Shown here: positions 1 to 9,499 of the stretch, piece after piece
Position numbering within the stretch: the first letter of the stretch is position 1
Layout of the letters: each line of letters starts with the position of its first letter
Virus record (IMG/VR): IMGVR_UViG_3300042987_003044
Coordinates: 1-53,451 of that record
DNA: 53,451 nt
Reading direction: 5' to 3' (one strand)
Source: a virus
Lineage: Duplodnaviria > Caudoviricetes
Translations under genes and position numbers: made by a program
The notes under the pieces: generated by a model
The model's input: the letters and a program-made list of their open reading frames with translations, nothing else
Told to the model about the DNA's origin: nothing
Databases searched by the model: none

Positions 1-1
1 T

Positions 2-238
2 ATGAACATCATAGTCTCTCAGAGGTTCAAATACAACTCTCTTTGCCCATTCAAGACTTTGATAATCAATTGACTTACGACTATCAAAGGCATCACCCAT
101 ATGAATGACTGCCTCTACCCCGTGTTCTTTTAGGGCAGGGAAAAATACGTTCTTATAGAAGAGTTCAAAGTGGTCGTGGAGATACTTTGAACCCTTCCGT
201 GCTCCGTAGTGTGTGTCTGTAATGACGGCGACTTTCAT
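2..238 (-). CDS. gp47: Recombination endonuclease subunit (SbcD/Mre11-like), N-terminal part, truncated by the window edge
   Basis: Manual translation MKVAVITDTHYGARKGSKYL...IHMGDAFDSRK shows metallophosphoesterase DxH and GDxFD motifs. The ATG overlaps the gp55 stop (ATGA), and synteny is T4-like. Confidence 0.93.
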   Translation of the reverse strand, partial: MKVAVITDTHYGARKGSKYLHDHFELFYKNVFFPALKEHGVEAVIHMGDAFDSRKSIDYQSLEWAKRVVFEPLRDYDVH

Positions 239-711
239 CTGTTGTTTCGGTATTGGATGGCATCTTTGATCGTATTATAGTCTGAACTACTGCCTGCTAG
301 CAAGCTGTCATCCACCATCATCACTTCATCGTATCCAGTTCTTTCAATGATTTTGGTTTTAATATCTAACTGCTTCTTTTCTTTTTGTATTCTTCTCAAA
401 AATGCATAGTGAATAATTTGAGTAAAGTATGCAAAAGGATTTTTAGATTTCTCTGGATCAAAATTATGTATGTACTGAACACAGTTTTCTATGCCATCAG
501 AAATCATATCCTCACGGAACATATAATTCACAAAGTTGGGTTTATATGATAAGTGAGTTGCGATCTTCAAAAAACATTCGCCAAGATAATTTGTTATTTT
601 AGGTTTTGGCAGACCTTTTTCTTTTGCTTCTGCAACTTTAGTGCGATAGACAATTAGAGCTTCTAATAACTCTTTATTATTTACATAATGTTCTGATTTC
701 TTTTTGGACAT
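235..711 (-). CDS. gp55: Late transcription sigma factor
   Basis: HYVNNKELL, YMFREDMISDGIENC and NPFAYFTQI motifs; adjacent to gp47. Confidence 0.96.
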   Translation of the reverse strand: MSKKKSEHYVNNKELLEALIVYRTKVAEAKEKGLPKPKITNYLGECFLKIATHLSYKPNFVNYMFREDMISDGIENCVQYIHNFDPEKSKNPFAYFTQIIHYAFLRRIQKEKKQLDIKTKIIERTGYDEVMMVDDSLLAGSSSDYNTIKDAIQYRNNR

Positions 712-750
712 GACATTTATTTAATTTTTATTATTAGTTATTGTGATGTT

Positions 751-779
751 ATTATAACAAAATTAAACCTAACTGTAAA
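751..779 (-). promoter_or_regulatory. Sigma70-type promoter for gp55/gp47
   Basis: Minus strand TTTACA-17 nt-TATAAT with extended -10 (TGt), 40 nt upstream of the gp55 ATG. Confidence 0.75.
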
Positions 780-782
780 GGC

Positions 783-811
783 TTGACAAATACGAAAATC
801 ATGTCTAGACT
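783..811 (+). promoter_or_regulatory. Sigma70-type promoter pointing antisense, back-to-back with the gp55 promoter
   Basis: TTGACA(783-788)-17 nt-TAGACT(806-811); no + strand gene downstream. Confidence 0.65.
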
Positions 812-841
812 AGGTTTGTCCGTTTTCAAGAAAAATAATAT

Positions 842-1279
842 TTAATTATCTTTAGTATCTTTACTATTTTTAAACATCTTTTCTAAAATATTTCTAAAAG
901 ATTCTACTGAAGACAGATATCCCATTTCTTTTGAGATTGGAACTCTACCATCTCTTTGGGATACAAATTGATCTTCATAATTACTATAATCATTTAATTC
1001 AGAATTATAATTTTTATAGATATCAATTATTTTTTTATCTCTTATTTCAGTCATTGTCATAACTTTATCTAATCTAATAATAAAAATATCTTCATTAGAT
1101 AATTCAATCCAAGGTTTAACTTTTAGATGAGATCCTTTAGGAGTCGTTAATAATTTCATAATAACCGGATTTTGCATAATAATAATAGGATTTTCATTTT
1201 CACTATCATCAATAGAGATAAGTGAAAAAACTTCCTCACCGGAGACTAATTTTAATAAGCAATAGAATTCCTCTCCCAT
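842..1279 (-). CDS. Conserved cyanophage protein downstream of uvsW, likely Sm-like fold
   Basis: N-terminal LKLVSGEEV motif typical of phage Sm-like proteins; tight packing with uvsW. Confidence 0.6.
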   Translation of the reverse strand: MGEEFYCLLKLVSGEEVFSLISIDDSENENPIIIMQNPVIMKLLTTPKGSHLKVKPWIELSNEDIFIIRLDKVMTMTEIRDKKIIDIYKNYNSELNDYSNYEDQFVSQRDGRVPISKEMGYLSSVESFRNILEKMFKNSKDTKDN

Positions 1280-1280
1280 A

Positions 1281-2744
1281 TTAATTCTTAAATGGTATAT
1301 TTACAATTTCATAATTAAAATTTTCTTCATTATAAACTTTAATTCTTTCAATTAGATGGTTAAGTGTGTAATTTTTTCTTGATTTATAACTGATGTCATC
1401 GGCAATATCATATAGAGTTGCTTTCACTTTATTTTCTCCTTTTCTTAGGACTCTTCCGATTGATTGGAGGTTTCTGATTCTTGATTTACTAGGGGAAGCA
1501 AAGACCACGTTATGTAAATTTCTAATGTTAATACCAGTAGAAAAAGTCCCGTAAGAAGCAACGATGATTGCATTATTTTCCTTTTCAGTAATTTCTCTGA
1601 CCTTTTCACGGTCTTCGGTATCAACTCCACCATGAACAAAAAATACGTGGCGATTATCAGTTTTGCTACTATTTATGAGATCGTATAAGGGTTGCCCATG
1701 ACCTTCAACTCTGGAAAAAAGAACCAAAGTATTTCCCTTTAGATCTAGAGCAAGATTTCTTATAAATTTATTTCTACGTTCATGTCCAATAATATATTGA
1801 ACTTCATCTTCAAAAGTTTCAAATTTATTGGGTGAGTGTTTCAATAGAAGAATATTAATATCCAGTTTGGCAACATGACCCTTCTGCATTAGTTCATCTG
1901 TGCGAATGATCTTATAAGAAGGACCAAATAACCCCTCTAGAACCCATTTGTGAGTTTGAGATCCATCTAGAGTTCCAGTAAATCCAAAACGATATTTTGC
2001 ATCAGAAAGTTTTGTCATTATAGATACTAATGACTTAGATTTGAACTGGTGTGCCTCATCTCCAACAACCACATTAAATCTTGAAAAATATTGTCGGGGA
2101 AGTTTGTAGATGGACTGCCAGGTCGTAATGATCACCTGAGAGTCTGTTTCTCTTTCTTTTCCAGCATAGATCTTGTGGCAATATGAACCAACGTCCCACC
2201 CATAATCTGCAAAGTCTTTATACATCTGTTCTACAAGGGATGTCGTCGGAACGACTATCAGAGTATTTTGTCCTTTCTCAACGTAATATCGGACAATCGC
2301 ATATATCATCAGAGACTTTCCAGAAGCAGTTGGAGATATCAACAACTTGCGATTATGTCTTAAGGCGTCGAATACTCCCTCAACTTGGTAATCGCGGGGA
2401 GAATACTTTGAGATAGAATTGATGTAATCTTTTACACCTTCCTTTGAAATAAGATCATTAACTTCAAAAGGAAGACCATAGAACTTATTATTTACGAATT
2501 CGTAAGTGTATTCATGCGTCTCACAGAAACGAATAAGTTTATCCAATAACCCAACATAGATTTCTCCAGTTTGAGTATTGAACAAGCGAATCTTTCCATC
2601 CCAGTATTTGTTGCGAAACTGGGGCATGAATTTTGCACCTGGAACATCAAAGGTAAATTGATCCGCAAGTTCGTAGTAAATGTGCGGTTCCGCCTTTACC
2701 TGAAGATATACTTCGTTCTTTTTTGAAATGATCAAATGAGACAT
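1281..2744 (-). CDS. uvsW: RNA-DNA/DNA-DNA helicase UvsW
   Basis: SF2 motifs SPTASGKS, DEAH, TGT and QSIGRVLR; WDGKIRLF N-terminal motif. Confidence 0.96.
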   Translation of the reverse strand: MSHLIISKKNEVYLQVKAEPHIYYELADQFTFDVPGAKFMPQFRNKYWDGKIRLFNTQTGEIYVGLLDKLIRFCETHEYTYEFVNNKFYGLPFEVNDLISKEGVKDYINSISKYSPRDYQVEGVFDALRHNRKLLISPTASGKSLMIYAIVRYYVEKGQNTLIVVPTTSLVEQMYKDFADYGWDVGSYCHKIYAGKERETDSQVIITTWQSIYKLPRQYFSRFNVVVGDEAHQFKSKSLVSIMTKLSDAKYRFGFTGTLDGSQTHKWVLEGLFGPSYKIIRTDELMQKGHVAKLDINILLLKHSPNKFETFEDEVQYIIGHERRNKFIRNLALDLKGNTLVLFSRVEGHGQPLYDLINSSKTDNRHVFFVHGGVDTEDREKVREITEKENNAIIVASYGTFSTGINIRNLHNVVFASPSKSRIRNLQSIGRVLRKGENKVKATLYDIADDISYKSRKNYTLNHLIERIKVYNEENFNYEIVNIPFKN

Positions 2745-2750
2745 TTAATA

Positions 2751-2787
2751 ATATTTTCACCTAAAAATATTTAGTAGGTGAAAATAT
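2751..2787 (-). promoter_or_regulatory. 13-bp hairpin covering the uvsW Shine-Dalgarno, with a late promoter (CTAAATA) in the loop
   Basis: Perfect inverted repeat ATATTTTCACCTA / TAGGTGAAAATAT. On the minus strand the loop is CTAAATATTTT and AGGTGA lies in the 3' arm. Confidence 0.75.
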
Positions 2788-2789
2788 AA

Positions 2790-2948
2790 TCAGTTTTCTA
2801 AAATTGTATTAAACCAAGTTTGACTCATTCCACGAATAATGTCATCAGCTGATTCTTGATCATCTGCGTAACCTTCAGCAATTAAGTGCTCAACTACTTT
2901 TTCATATGTCTGATATGATTCTTGTATTTCTCTTGGTGTTGGTTTCAT
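2790..2948 (-). CDS. Small hypothetical protein (52 aa, MKPTPREIQESY...)
   Basis: Manually translated ORF filling the uvsY-uvsW gap; CTAAATA at 2968-2974 upstream. Confidence 0.8.
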   Translation of the reverse strand: MKPTPREIQESYQTYEKVVEHLIAEGYADDQESADDIIRGMSQTWFNTILEN

Positions 2949-2970
2949 TTCAGTGGAAGTTTATTTTTAT

Positions 2971-3402
2971 TTAGTTAAATCCTGCTTGAAATCTATGCCA
3001 TTCAATTGCATTCTTAATTTGATATGTCCTGTTAGAGATTGTTTTAATAATCTCTTCAAGGAATTTCAATATGATATCATAATATCTTATTTTAAGGTCT
3101 ATTTTATTAAGTCTTTCATCGGCATCCATATGTCTCTGTAATGCCTCTTTATCCCTTATTTTATATGGGAATGGTTCTTCGACATAAATCTCTACCGGTG
3201 CTTTTCCAGTATAATAATTATACCTTTCTAGTTTTATTCTATTATAAGTTTCTCTTGCTTTTTCACGGAGAAGAGTTATTGTATTGTAAATTGTGTAGTA
3301 TTTTGCATGAAGCTGGGGAATTTTTAAAGATTCATCGTGTAAATTATCAGAATCAATAACAGAATCTCTCTGCCACATCTCCTGAATTTCATCAAGATTC
3401 AT
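2971..3402 (-). CDS. uvsY: Recombination mediator UvsY
   Basis: SLKIPQLHAKY and RTYQIKNAIEW motifs; synteny with uvsW. Confidence 0.92.
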   Translation of the reverse strand: MNLDEIQEMWQRDSVIDSDNLHDESLKIPQLHAKYYTIYNTITLLREKARETYNRIKLERYNYYTGKAPVEIYVEEPFPYKIRDKEALQRHMDADERLNKIDLKIRYYDIILKFLEEIIKTISNRTYQIKNAIEWHRFQAGFN

Positions 3403-3944
3403 AGTGGTTCGCCATTATTACTTAGAATATTATAAACGGTATATTTGAAAGATACATCTGCTGTAAAGTAATTATAATCATTGTCAGTTGCTTCAAATTC
3501 TAAAGCACTTAAATAGACTGGAAACATATCTTTAAATTTAACCACTGCAGTGGAATTATAGTTTGAATTTAGAATTCTTAATGATCCATCACTAAACTGT
3601 AAATTTGAATCTCTTGCTCCACTTTCACTAGTAGTTAAATCTCTAAATTGTGCTGGTGTTTCTGGAAACCCTAGACCAGTTATCCAGTTATGGATTGCCA
3701 TATAATTTTCAAGATTTTCATCTACTAAAAATCTTAAATTAAAATCTCCATATTCTATAATTTCTCCAGGAACATCAATCATCTTAAGGTAAGATGGTTG
3801 AGTTGCAGTACCCAAAGTTATTTCTGGAATTCTAGCAGAATTGCTAAAAAATGCAACTTTTGGTTCTTTAGCTAATGTAAATTTAAATCCAATTGGGGAT
3901 AAAAAATTTCTATTAGATATTTGATTATCAAATATACTTGCCAT
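3399..3944 (-). CDS. gp3: Tail tube terminator / tail completion protein
   Basis: NRNFLSPIGFKF and FLVDENLENY motifs; immediately follows gp23 as in T4-like cyanophages. Confidence 0.85.
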   Translation of the reverse strand: MASIFDNQISNRNFLSPIGFKFTLAKEPKVAFFSNSARIPEITLGTATQPSYLKMIDVPGEIIEYGDFNLRFLVDENLENYMAIHNWITGLGFPETPAQFRDLTTSESGARDSNLQFSDGSLRILNSNYNSTAVVKFKDMFPVYLSALEFEATDNDYNYFTADVSFKYTVYNILSNNGEPL

Positions 3945-3953
3945 TTTTATTTT

Positions 3954-3960
3954 TATTTAG
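3954..3960 (-). promoter_or_regulatory. Late promoter (CTAAATA) for gp3
   Basis: TAAATA core just downstream of the gp23 terminator. Confidence 0.65.
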
Positions 3961-3962
3961 AT

Positions 3963-3990
3963 AAAAAAAGGACCCTCCGAAGAGGGTCCT
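3963..3990 (-). terminator. Intrinsic terminator after gp23 with a cUUCGg tetraloop
   Basis: Minus strand AGGACCCTC-TTCG-GAGGGTCCT-TTTTTT. Confidence 0.93.
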
Positions 3991-4009
3991 TGGTAATACG
4001 TGATTTGGA

Positions 4010-5425
4010 TCACATAAGGTTACGAACAGTAACTCTTCTGTAATAGCGGTTTGTATTTGCCTCAAGACCACCAAGACCTTGACCATCGGCAACGGAACCC
4101 TTAGCGAATGGGTTTGCAACCATTCCATAACGGGTCTTAAAGCCAATCTTAGGCTGGAAGGTGTCCTGACCAACGGCACGAACCATTTGGAGAGGAACAT
4201 ATGGGCAATAGAAGAGACCAGCATCATATGGGCTGGAACCCTTATATCCTACAACATAGTAGTGATCATTAGAAACGTTCGCAGCATAAGGATCGATATA
4301 AACACGATACTTACCTTGGAGAACACCGGCAAAGGTGTTGCCAGTATCATCAACGTTGAGGTTGGCGTTAAGTGCTGGGGTATAATCAAGTACTCCTGCC
4401 ATGGTGAGTGCCGAAGCAACGTCAGCAGAGCACATGATCATATTGCCCTTTCCTCTACGAGTTCTTTGTGCAATTGCGTTAGCATCGCGCTCGATTTGGA
4501 AAATTAGACCCTTGAACTTCTCAACCGACCAACGACCGTTGGAATCAACATCAAGGTCAAAAATACCAGATGTTGCAACGTTGTTAGCAGCGCCTGGCTC
4601 AGCAACCTTATAAATGGTACGGATGACTTCTCTGTTGATTTCAGCGAGAATCTCAGTCGAAAGCAGGTTTGCAAGCTCAGCTTCGGCATTCAGACCGTGA
4701 ATTGCCTTAAGGTCCTGAGCGAGCTCAAGTGAGTATTCTGCCTTCAGAGCACGAGTCTTAGCAGTAACGGTGACTTTCTCAATTGAGAATGCCATCTCGT
4801 TGAAAGTCTCAGTGCTACCAAGGTTCTCTGCGTCATCAGTACGCATACCCTGACCAACATTATAGTTGGTTACAGTTTGACCATCAGGGTTAAGAACACC
4901 AGGATTTGATCCTTGTTGAGCACCTGTAGTACCAAATCCTACACTAACTCCGGAGTTAGTTCCTTGGTTATATGTACCAGTCAGATTTCCAGGACCTGCC
5001 TGACCAGAGAATGCTGTATCAACTTCATTAAAGAGTGCTTCAGTGCCACTCTGGTTAGTATAGCGCGAGCGCATCGCAAAGATGAGTCCAGTAGGACCAT
5101 TCATTGGTTGAACGCCAGCGAGGTCATAAGCGACCAGATTAGGCATAGAACGTCTGATCAGTGAGATCAGAACAGGATCAAAACCTGCTACTGGACCGCC
5201 AGCAGTGGCATCTCCACTAAATCCAGGATTTCCGCTGCTTGACTGGGTGTTAACTGTTGGTGCTTCCGAAAGGAATGCTCTCTCCTCACGGAGTTCTCTT
5301 TCTTGGTTTTCTAGCAGGATAGCAGTTACCGCTCTACGATGTGAATCTTTGATCGTGTCGAGCCCTGAGTAATCCAGGATAGGTGCCCACTTCTCCTGCA
5401 GGTATTCTGAATTGAATCCTTGCAT
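4010..5425 (-). CDS. gp23: Major capsid protein precursor
   Basis: FDPVLISLIRR, GVQPMNGPTGLIFAMR, ALKAEYSLELAQDLKAIHGL and QPKIGFKTRYG motifs. Confidence 0.99.
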   Translation of the reverse strand: MQGFNSEYLQEKWAPILDYSGLDTIKDSHRRAVTAILLENQERELREERAFLSEAPTVNTQSSSGNPGFSGDATAGGPVAGFDPVLISLIRRSMPNLVAYDLAGVQPMNGPTGLIFAMRSRYTNQSGTEALFNEVDTAFSGQAGPGNLTGTYNQGTNSGVSVGFGTTGAQQGSNPGVLNPDGQTVTNYNVGQGMRTDDAENLGSTETFNEMAFSIEKVTVTAKTRALKAEYSLELAQDLKAIHGLNAEAELANLLSTEILAEINREVIRTIYKVAEPGAANNVATSGIFDLDVDSNGRWSVEKFKGLIFQIERDANAIAQRTRRGKGNMIMCSADVASALTMAGVLDYTPALNANLNVDDTGNTFAGVLQGKYRVYIDPYAANVSNDHYYVVGYKGSSPYDAGLFYCPYVPLQMVRAVGQDTFQPKIGFKTRYGMVANPFAKGSVADGQGLGGLEANTNRYYRRVTVRNLM

Positions 5426-5474
5426 TTGATTTTTACCTCGTTAAAAAGTTAGTTTGATTTTTATTATCTAAAAA

Positions 5475-6647
5475 TCACTTATTAGAGACTCTACCTAGAA
5501 CATCTAAGTATGCAGCCATTCTTCCATCAACTTGTGGTTGATCAGAATAATCTACACTTTCGCTTAGATTTTCCGAATCATCTCTTTGAGTACTAGCTGG
5601 TTTTGTTGGGAAGTATGATTCCCTTAAAGTTACTAGTTTCTCACGATAGTTAGACTCACTATCAAACTCAACATTTTCAGCAAGAGAAGCGAGTTTGTCC
5701 TTCTGAGAAAGTGCAAGACCCTCAGTGACTTCTGCAAAAATTACATCAGCAACTGACTCTGCTAATCTTTTATTCAGAGCAACATTCCTTTGAATTTGCT
5801 CGTTGAGTTTTGTTTCCATTTCATCAAGTTTATCTACCATGCTCTCGATAACATTATATTTATCTTCAGGAATTGATACATAATGATCTTCAAAAAGACT
5901 CTTCATTCCTTGTAGGAATGATTCGGTCATCTCAGTTTTAAGTCCATGTTCAATAGCGATTGCGTTTTCAGCAATCCACTCATCGGCAACATATTCAAGG
6001 TAAGCATCAACACGCTCGACGAGAGATTCTTTAATCTCTTGAACTTCTTCAATAAGTGCTTCTTCATATGAAGCTTGAAGTGACTCTTTAATTTCAGCAA
6101 CTCTTGCCTTAATTGCTGTCTCAAAAATAATACGTGCTTTTTCTTGGAATTCTTCGGAAAGATCCTCTCCATCAAGAAGAGCATTTACATCCTCTTCAAT
6201 ATCAAATTCTTCTTCCACTTCATCATCATCTACTTCGATCTCCTCTTTCACTTCTTCATCATCTTCTTCTTTTGATTTTTTCTTACCTTTCTTTCCTTCT
6301 TCCTCATCATCCTCATCAGACTCTTCTGATTCTGCCTCAACAATTAAATCATCTTCTTCAAGATCTTCCTCTTCTTTAACTGCTTTTGGCATAGTCTTCA
6401 TCGGATCAGCAGACTTTGCACCTTTATTGACAATATTCTTTACCTGAGCAAGTGTTTTGCCGGGAGTATCAAGTTTTGCTGAATCATCGTCTGGGCGATA
6501 ATTTTCTGGAGTTGGTCCGCCAAGATCTTCCCAACCAGCAGTTTGACCATCAGGAATACCCGTGGTTAACTTGTGCATGGGTTCTGCAGATTTTGCTCCT
6601 TTGGTTACTACGTTTTCCATTTCTTGTAAATTTCTACCAACGGACAT
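5475..6647 (-). CDS. gp22: Prohead core scaffolding protein
   Basis: Acidic coiled coil with LSEEFQEKARIIFE and YLEYVADEW; lies between gp21 and gp23. Confidence 0.93.
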   Translation of the reverse strand: MSVGRNLQEMENVVTKGAKSAEPMHKLTTGIPDGQTAGWEDLGGPTPENYRPDDDSAKLDTPGKTLAQVKNIVNKGAKSADPMKTMPKAVKEEEDLEEDDLIVEAESEESDEDDEEEGKKGKKKSKEEDDEEVKEEIEVDDDEVEEEFDIEEDVNALLDGEDLSEEFQEKARIIFETAIKARVAEIKESLQASYEEALIEEVQEIKESLVERVDAYLEYVADEWIAENAIAIEHGLKTEMTESFLQGMKSLFEDHYVSIPEDKYNVIESMVDKLDEMETKLNEQIQRNVALNKRLAESVADVIFAEVTEGLALSQKDKLASLAENVEFDSESNYREKLVTLRESYFPTKPASTQRDDSENLSESVDYSDQPQVDGRMAAYLDVLGRVSNK

Positions 6648-6673
6648 TTGTTTAGATTTCTGTATATAATCTA

Positions 6674-6684
6674 TATTTATTTAT
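6674..6684 (-). promoter_or_regulatory. Late promoter(s) (ATAAATA, tandem) for gp22
   Basis: Minus strand ATAAATAAATA about 30 nt upstream of the gp22 ATG. Confidence 0.7.
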
Positions 6685-6688
6685 TAAA

Positions 6689-7339
6689 TTAAAGATTTGA
6701 AATAAACTCTTGAAAGAGATTAATTTTATGTTCTTCCAGTAATTTCTGATCAACTAAAGTGTTGATTCTCTTTTTAGTTTGTTCGGCAAGTTTTTCACGA
6801 AGAATTCCACCTTCCCAAACCCACTCTTTCCCTTCCATAATTCCTGAAACAAAAGCATCTGGAGCAGAGGGATCTGCAACAATATCTGCAGCAGTGGCAA
6901 GCATAAAGTCTTCACCGACAATTTTATGACCTTCATTAGTCATTTTAAGTGATCCAACACCACGAGAAGAAACACCTAACATTACACCTTCAGAGATGAG
7001 AGACTTAGCAATCTTACCCATTGGAGTTTCAAGAAGTTGTGCCTTACCTCTAAAATTATTTCCTTCTTGAGTGAGAGAAACAATTTTATGAGAAACTCTA
7101 TCAAGATTTACGGTTGGACCATCTGGATGTCCCAATTCACCCAAAGCACGACCTTTTTGAATAAAACTTTCATTATATCTCTTTACTTCACGGGAAAGAG
7201 TTTCCATAGGATACATTCTTCCATTACGATTGCAGATGTTTCCCTGAAGAAAAACACCTTCAATGTACATTTTTTTAGATGCACCTTTTCCTTCGGTAAT
7301 GAATTTTACCTTTGATACTTCTTCTGTGATTAGTTTCAT
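6689..7339 (-). CDS. gp21: Prohead protease
   Basis: NRNGRMYP, ALGELGHP, GVSSRGVGS and DIVADPSAPDA motifs. Confidence 0.97.
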   Translation of the reverse strand: MKLITEEVSKVKFITEGKGASKKMYIEGVFLQGNICNRNGRMYPMETLSREVKRYNESFIQKGRALGELGHPDGPTVNLDRVSHKIVSLTQEGNNFRGKAQLLETPMGKIAKSLISEGVMLGVSSRGVGSLKMTNEGHKIVGEDFMLATAADIVADPSAPDAFVSGIMEGKEWVWEGGILREKLAEQTKKRINTLVDQKLLEEHKINLFQEFISNL

Positions 7340-7340
7340 C

Positions 7341-7607
7341 TTAGTTTGTAAATGCTACTTTATTTGCTTTTATTGCTGTTCCATCAGTCCAAATAACATC
7401 TGAAGCATTTTTTTGTAAAAATTCAACAGTATTATTTGGTATAGTAAAAAATGTACTTGTTGCCGCCCCAACAGATGTAGAAATAGCAACTACCCTAGCA
7501 GATCCGCTACCATTATATAAACGAACACAAGTTGCATCACTAATACTTGATGCTGCTCCTGCAGTTGTTGATGTATTTACTTCAGTTGCAACTATCTTAG
7601 TAATCAT
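7341..7607 (-). CDS. Hypothetical small beta-rich protein in the head operon
   Basis: ORF tightly packed between head genes. Confidence 0.75.
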   Translation of the reverse strand: MITKIVATEVNTSTTAGAASSISDATCVRLYNGSGSARVVAISTSVGAATSTFFTIPNNTVEFLQKNASDVIWTDGTAIKANKVAFTN

Positions 7608-7771
7608 TCCTCCTCTCCAGATGTAGAAACATCATCGAACATTGATTTTGAAATTTCTGGTCTTAATGAATCAATCCTCTCAGAAGCTTTTGAAAAAAGA
7701 ACTTCTTTTATTTTAGAAGTAACATCAGTAGGTGAAGATTCAGTGGCAATCAAATCTATAAGTTCTTCCAT
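7604..7771 (-). CDS. Small prohead-core-like protein (55 aa, MEELIDLIATES...), at the position of T4 gp67
   Basis: Manual translation; ATGA overlap with the next gene; TATAAATA at 7798-7805 upstream. Confidence 0.75.
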   Translation of the reverse strand: MEELIDLIATESSPTDVTSKIKEVLFSKASERIDSLRPEISKSMFDDVSTSGEEE

Positions 7772-7797
7772 AATTTTTTAAATGTATTTTATAATGG

Positions 7798-7805
7798 TAT
7801 TTATA
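7798..7805 (-). promoter_or_regulatory. Late promoter TATAAATA
   Basis: Exact T4 late consensus overlapping the gp20 stop. Confidence 0.8.
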
Positions 7806-9474
7806 TTTCTGCCTTTTTAGAATCTTTTTTCAAATCTACATCACTTTGGGAAACATCTTGTTCCATATCTGGTTCCATCGGAACTTCTCCCATAAGACCT
7901 TGTTCATCAGGTGAATTTGGTAGAGGTTCCCCAGTTATCGGATCAACAGAACTAGGGTCAGGAATGATTCCATTTTTAATTTCATTTTCTATTTGCTCAT
8001 CTATTTCTATAATTTCTACATCAGTTTGACGAAGAATTTTTCTCCTAACATAATCTACAGAAAAATATTTACCAATATAAGGTTCAATAGTTGCAAGTAA
8101 ACCTAGGCGGTCGTTCATTAATTCGCTTTCTTTTAGTTCTGCAAATTGATTATCATATAAGAAATCATATTGAATATGATCTGCCATTTTTTCCCAATCT
8201 TCTGGAGTAACAATATTTTTGAGAACCAATTGAGTACGTAAAAAATCATTAAAAATATTTGCAAATCTTTTTCTCAATCTACCAACAAATTTAGAAAATT
8301 TTAACTCATCCCTTAAAATTTCAGAAGATCTTCCTAAATTAAATCCACCATCTGATGCAATTCTTGATTCTGGTACTCCTAATGCCCTATAAAGTTTCTT
8401 TTGGAAATATTCAATATCAGAAAGTTCTCCAAGATTTTGACCACCAGGAAGAGTAGTAATTTCAGTTCCTCTACCACCTTCTCTTCTTGGAAGCCAAAAA
8501 TCTTCAAGCATACTCATAAATTTACGATCATCACGAACCTCACCTGTAGCTGCATCATAAACAAGTTTATTACGATAACGACTCATTACTTCACGAAGAT
8601 ATTGCTCTGCCTTTACTTTAGGAAGATTTCCAACATCGATATAAAAAATTCTTCTTTCAGGTGCTCTTGATAATCTGTAAATAACAAGAGAGTCTTCAAT
8701 CATTCTGAGTTGATTGAGTGCTTTAATAGCTTTGTGCAAATATGAAAGAACCGTACCCTTATTTCTATCTACGAGTCCGGAAGTAACATAAGTTATTGAA
8801 TCCTTTGCAATTTTTATTGATTTTGGACCATATGCTGATGAAATATTAAATGATGGGTATTTTGGAAGGGGTGTATATAGATAATATTCTTCTATTTCCG
8901 GATTGAATTCTTTTTCAAGATCTTTTGATCTAACATTAATTAAAATGTCATCATCTTTCTTCTTTTTTTCTTTTCTGATATGTTTGATCTTCATCGGATC
9001 AATATATCTAATTTCCTTAATTCCCTCATTTGGATTTTTTACATCAACAACTTTTAGATAAAAAAGTCTGCCATCTACATACCAATTTCTAAAAATCTCA
9101 TGACATTTTTTATCAAAATCCATGATTTCTTTAATATATCTAAATTCATCCCTAATAATTTTTTTAAGTTTGTCACTTACTTTAAGATTTGATAATTCAA
9201 TTTCTACTGGAGAATCATACAAATCACTCACTATAGCTTCATTTACAACATCTTCTATGGCATTATCACATTCTGGATGTAATGCCATTTCCCTATATCT
9301 TTTTATTAAATCGTATTCTGTACGATATACCCCTTCAATATCTACATAAGATCCATAAAAACCACTGGCGATATAATTATCAACCCCGTCCTCATTGGTT
9401 TGAGGTACGGGGGAAATAATATTTTTAGAATCTTCTTTATCTTTTTCAATAGAAAAACCAAAAAGTTTTGTCAT
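7801..9474 (-). CDS. gp20: Portal vertex protein
   Basis: YRLSRAPERRIFYIDVGNLPK and EDFWLPRREGGRGTEITTLPGG motifs. Confidence 0.99.
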   Translation of the reverse strand: MTKLFGFSIEKDKEDSKNIISPVPQTNEDGVDNYIASGFYGSYVDIEGVYRTEYDLIKRYREMALHPECDNAIEDVVNEAIVSDLYDSPVEIELSNLKVSDKLKKIIRDEFRYIKEIMDFDKKCHEIFRNWYVDGRLFYLKVVDVKNPNEGIKEIRYIDPMKIKHIRKEKKKKDDDILINVRSKDLEKEFNPEIEEYYLYTPLPKYPSFNISSAYGPKSIKIAKDSITYVTSGLVDRNKGTVLSYLHKAIKALNQLRMIEDSLVIYRLSRAPERRIFYIDVGNLPKVKAEQYLREVMSRYRNKLVYDAATGEVRDDRKFMSMLEDFWLPRREGGRGTEITTLPGGQNLGELSDIEYFQKKLYRALGVPESRIASDGGFNLGRSSEILRDELKFSKFVGRLRKRFANIFNDFLRTQLVLKNIVTPEDWEKMADHIQYDFLYDNQFAELKESELMNDRLGLLATIEPYIGKYFSVDYVRRKILRQTDVEIIEIDEQIENEIKNGIIPDPSSVDPITGEPLPNSPDEQGLMGEVPMEPDMEQDVSQSDVDLKKDSKKAEI

Positions 9475-9499
9475 CTTATAAAATTAATTTGTCTTAAAT

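Noticed and set aside
3928-4227. 99-aa minus-strand ORF overlapping the gp23 3' end
   Set aside because: An alternative frame that crosses the terminator; no slippery site or other support seen
4079-5164. Plus-strand and alternative-frame ORFs within gp23
   Set aside because: Shadow ORFs of a strongly biased, conserved gene; the same applies to the short + strand ORFs inside gp18, gp20, gp7 and the VrlC-like gene
6180-6380. Low-complexity (TCT/TCA)n tract
   Set aside because: Explained by the Glu/Asp-rich linker of gp22
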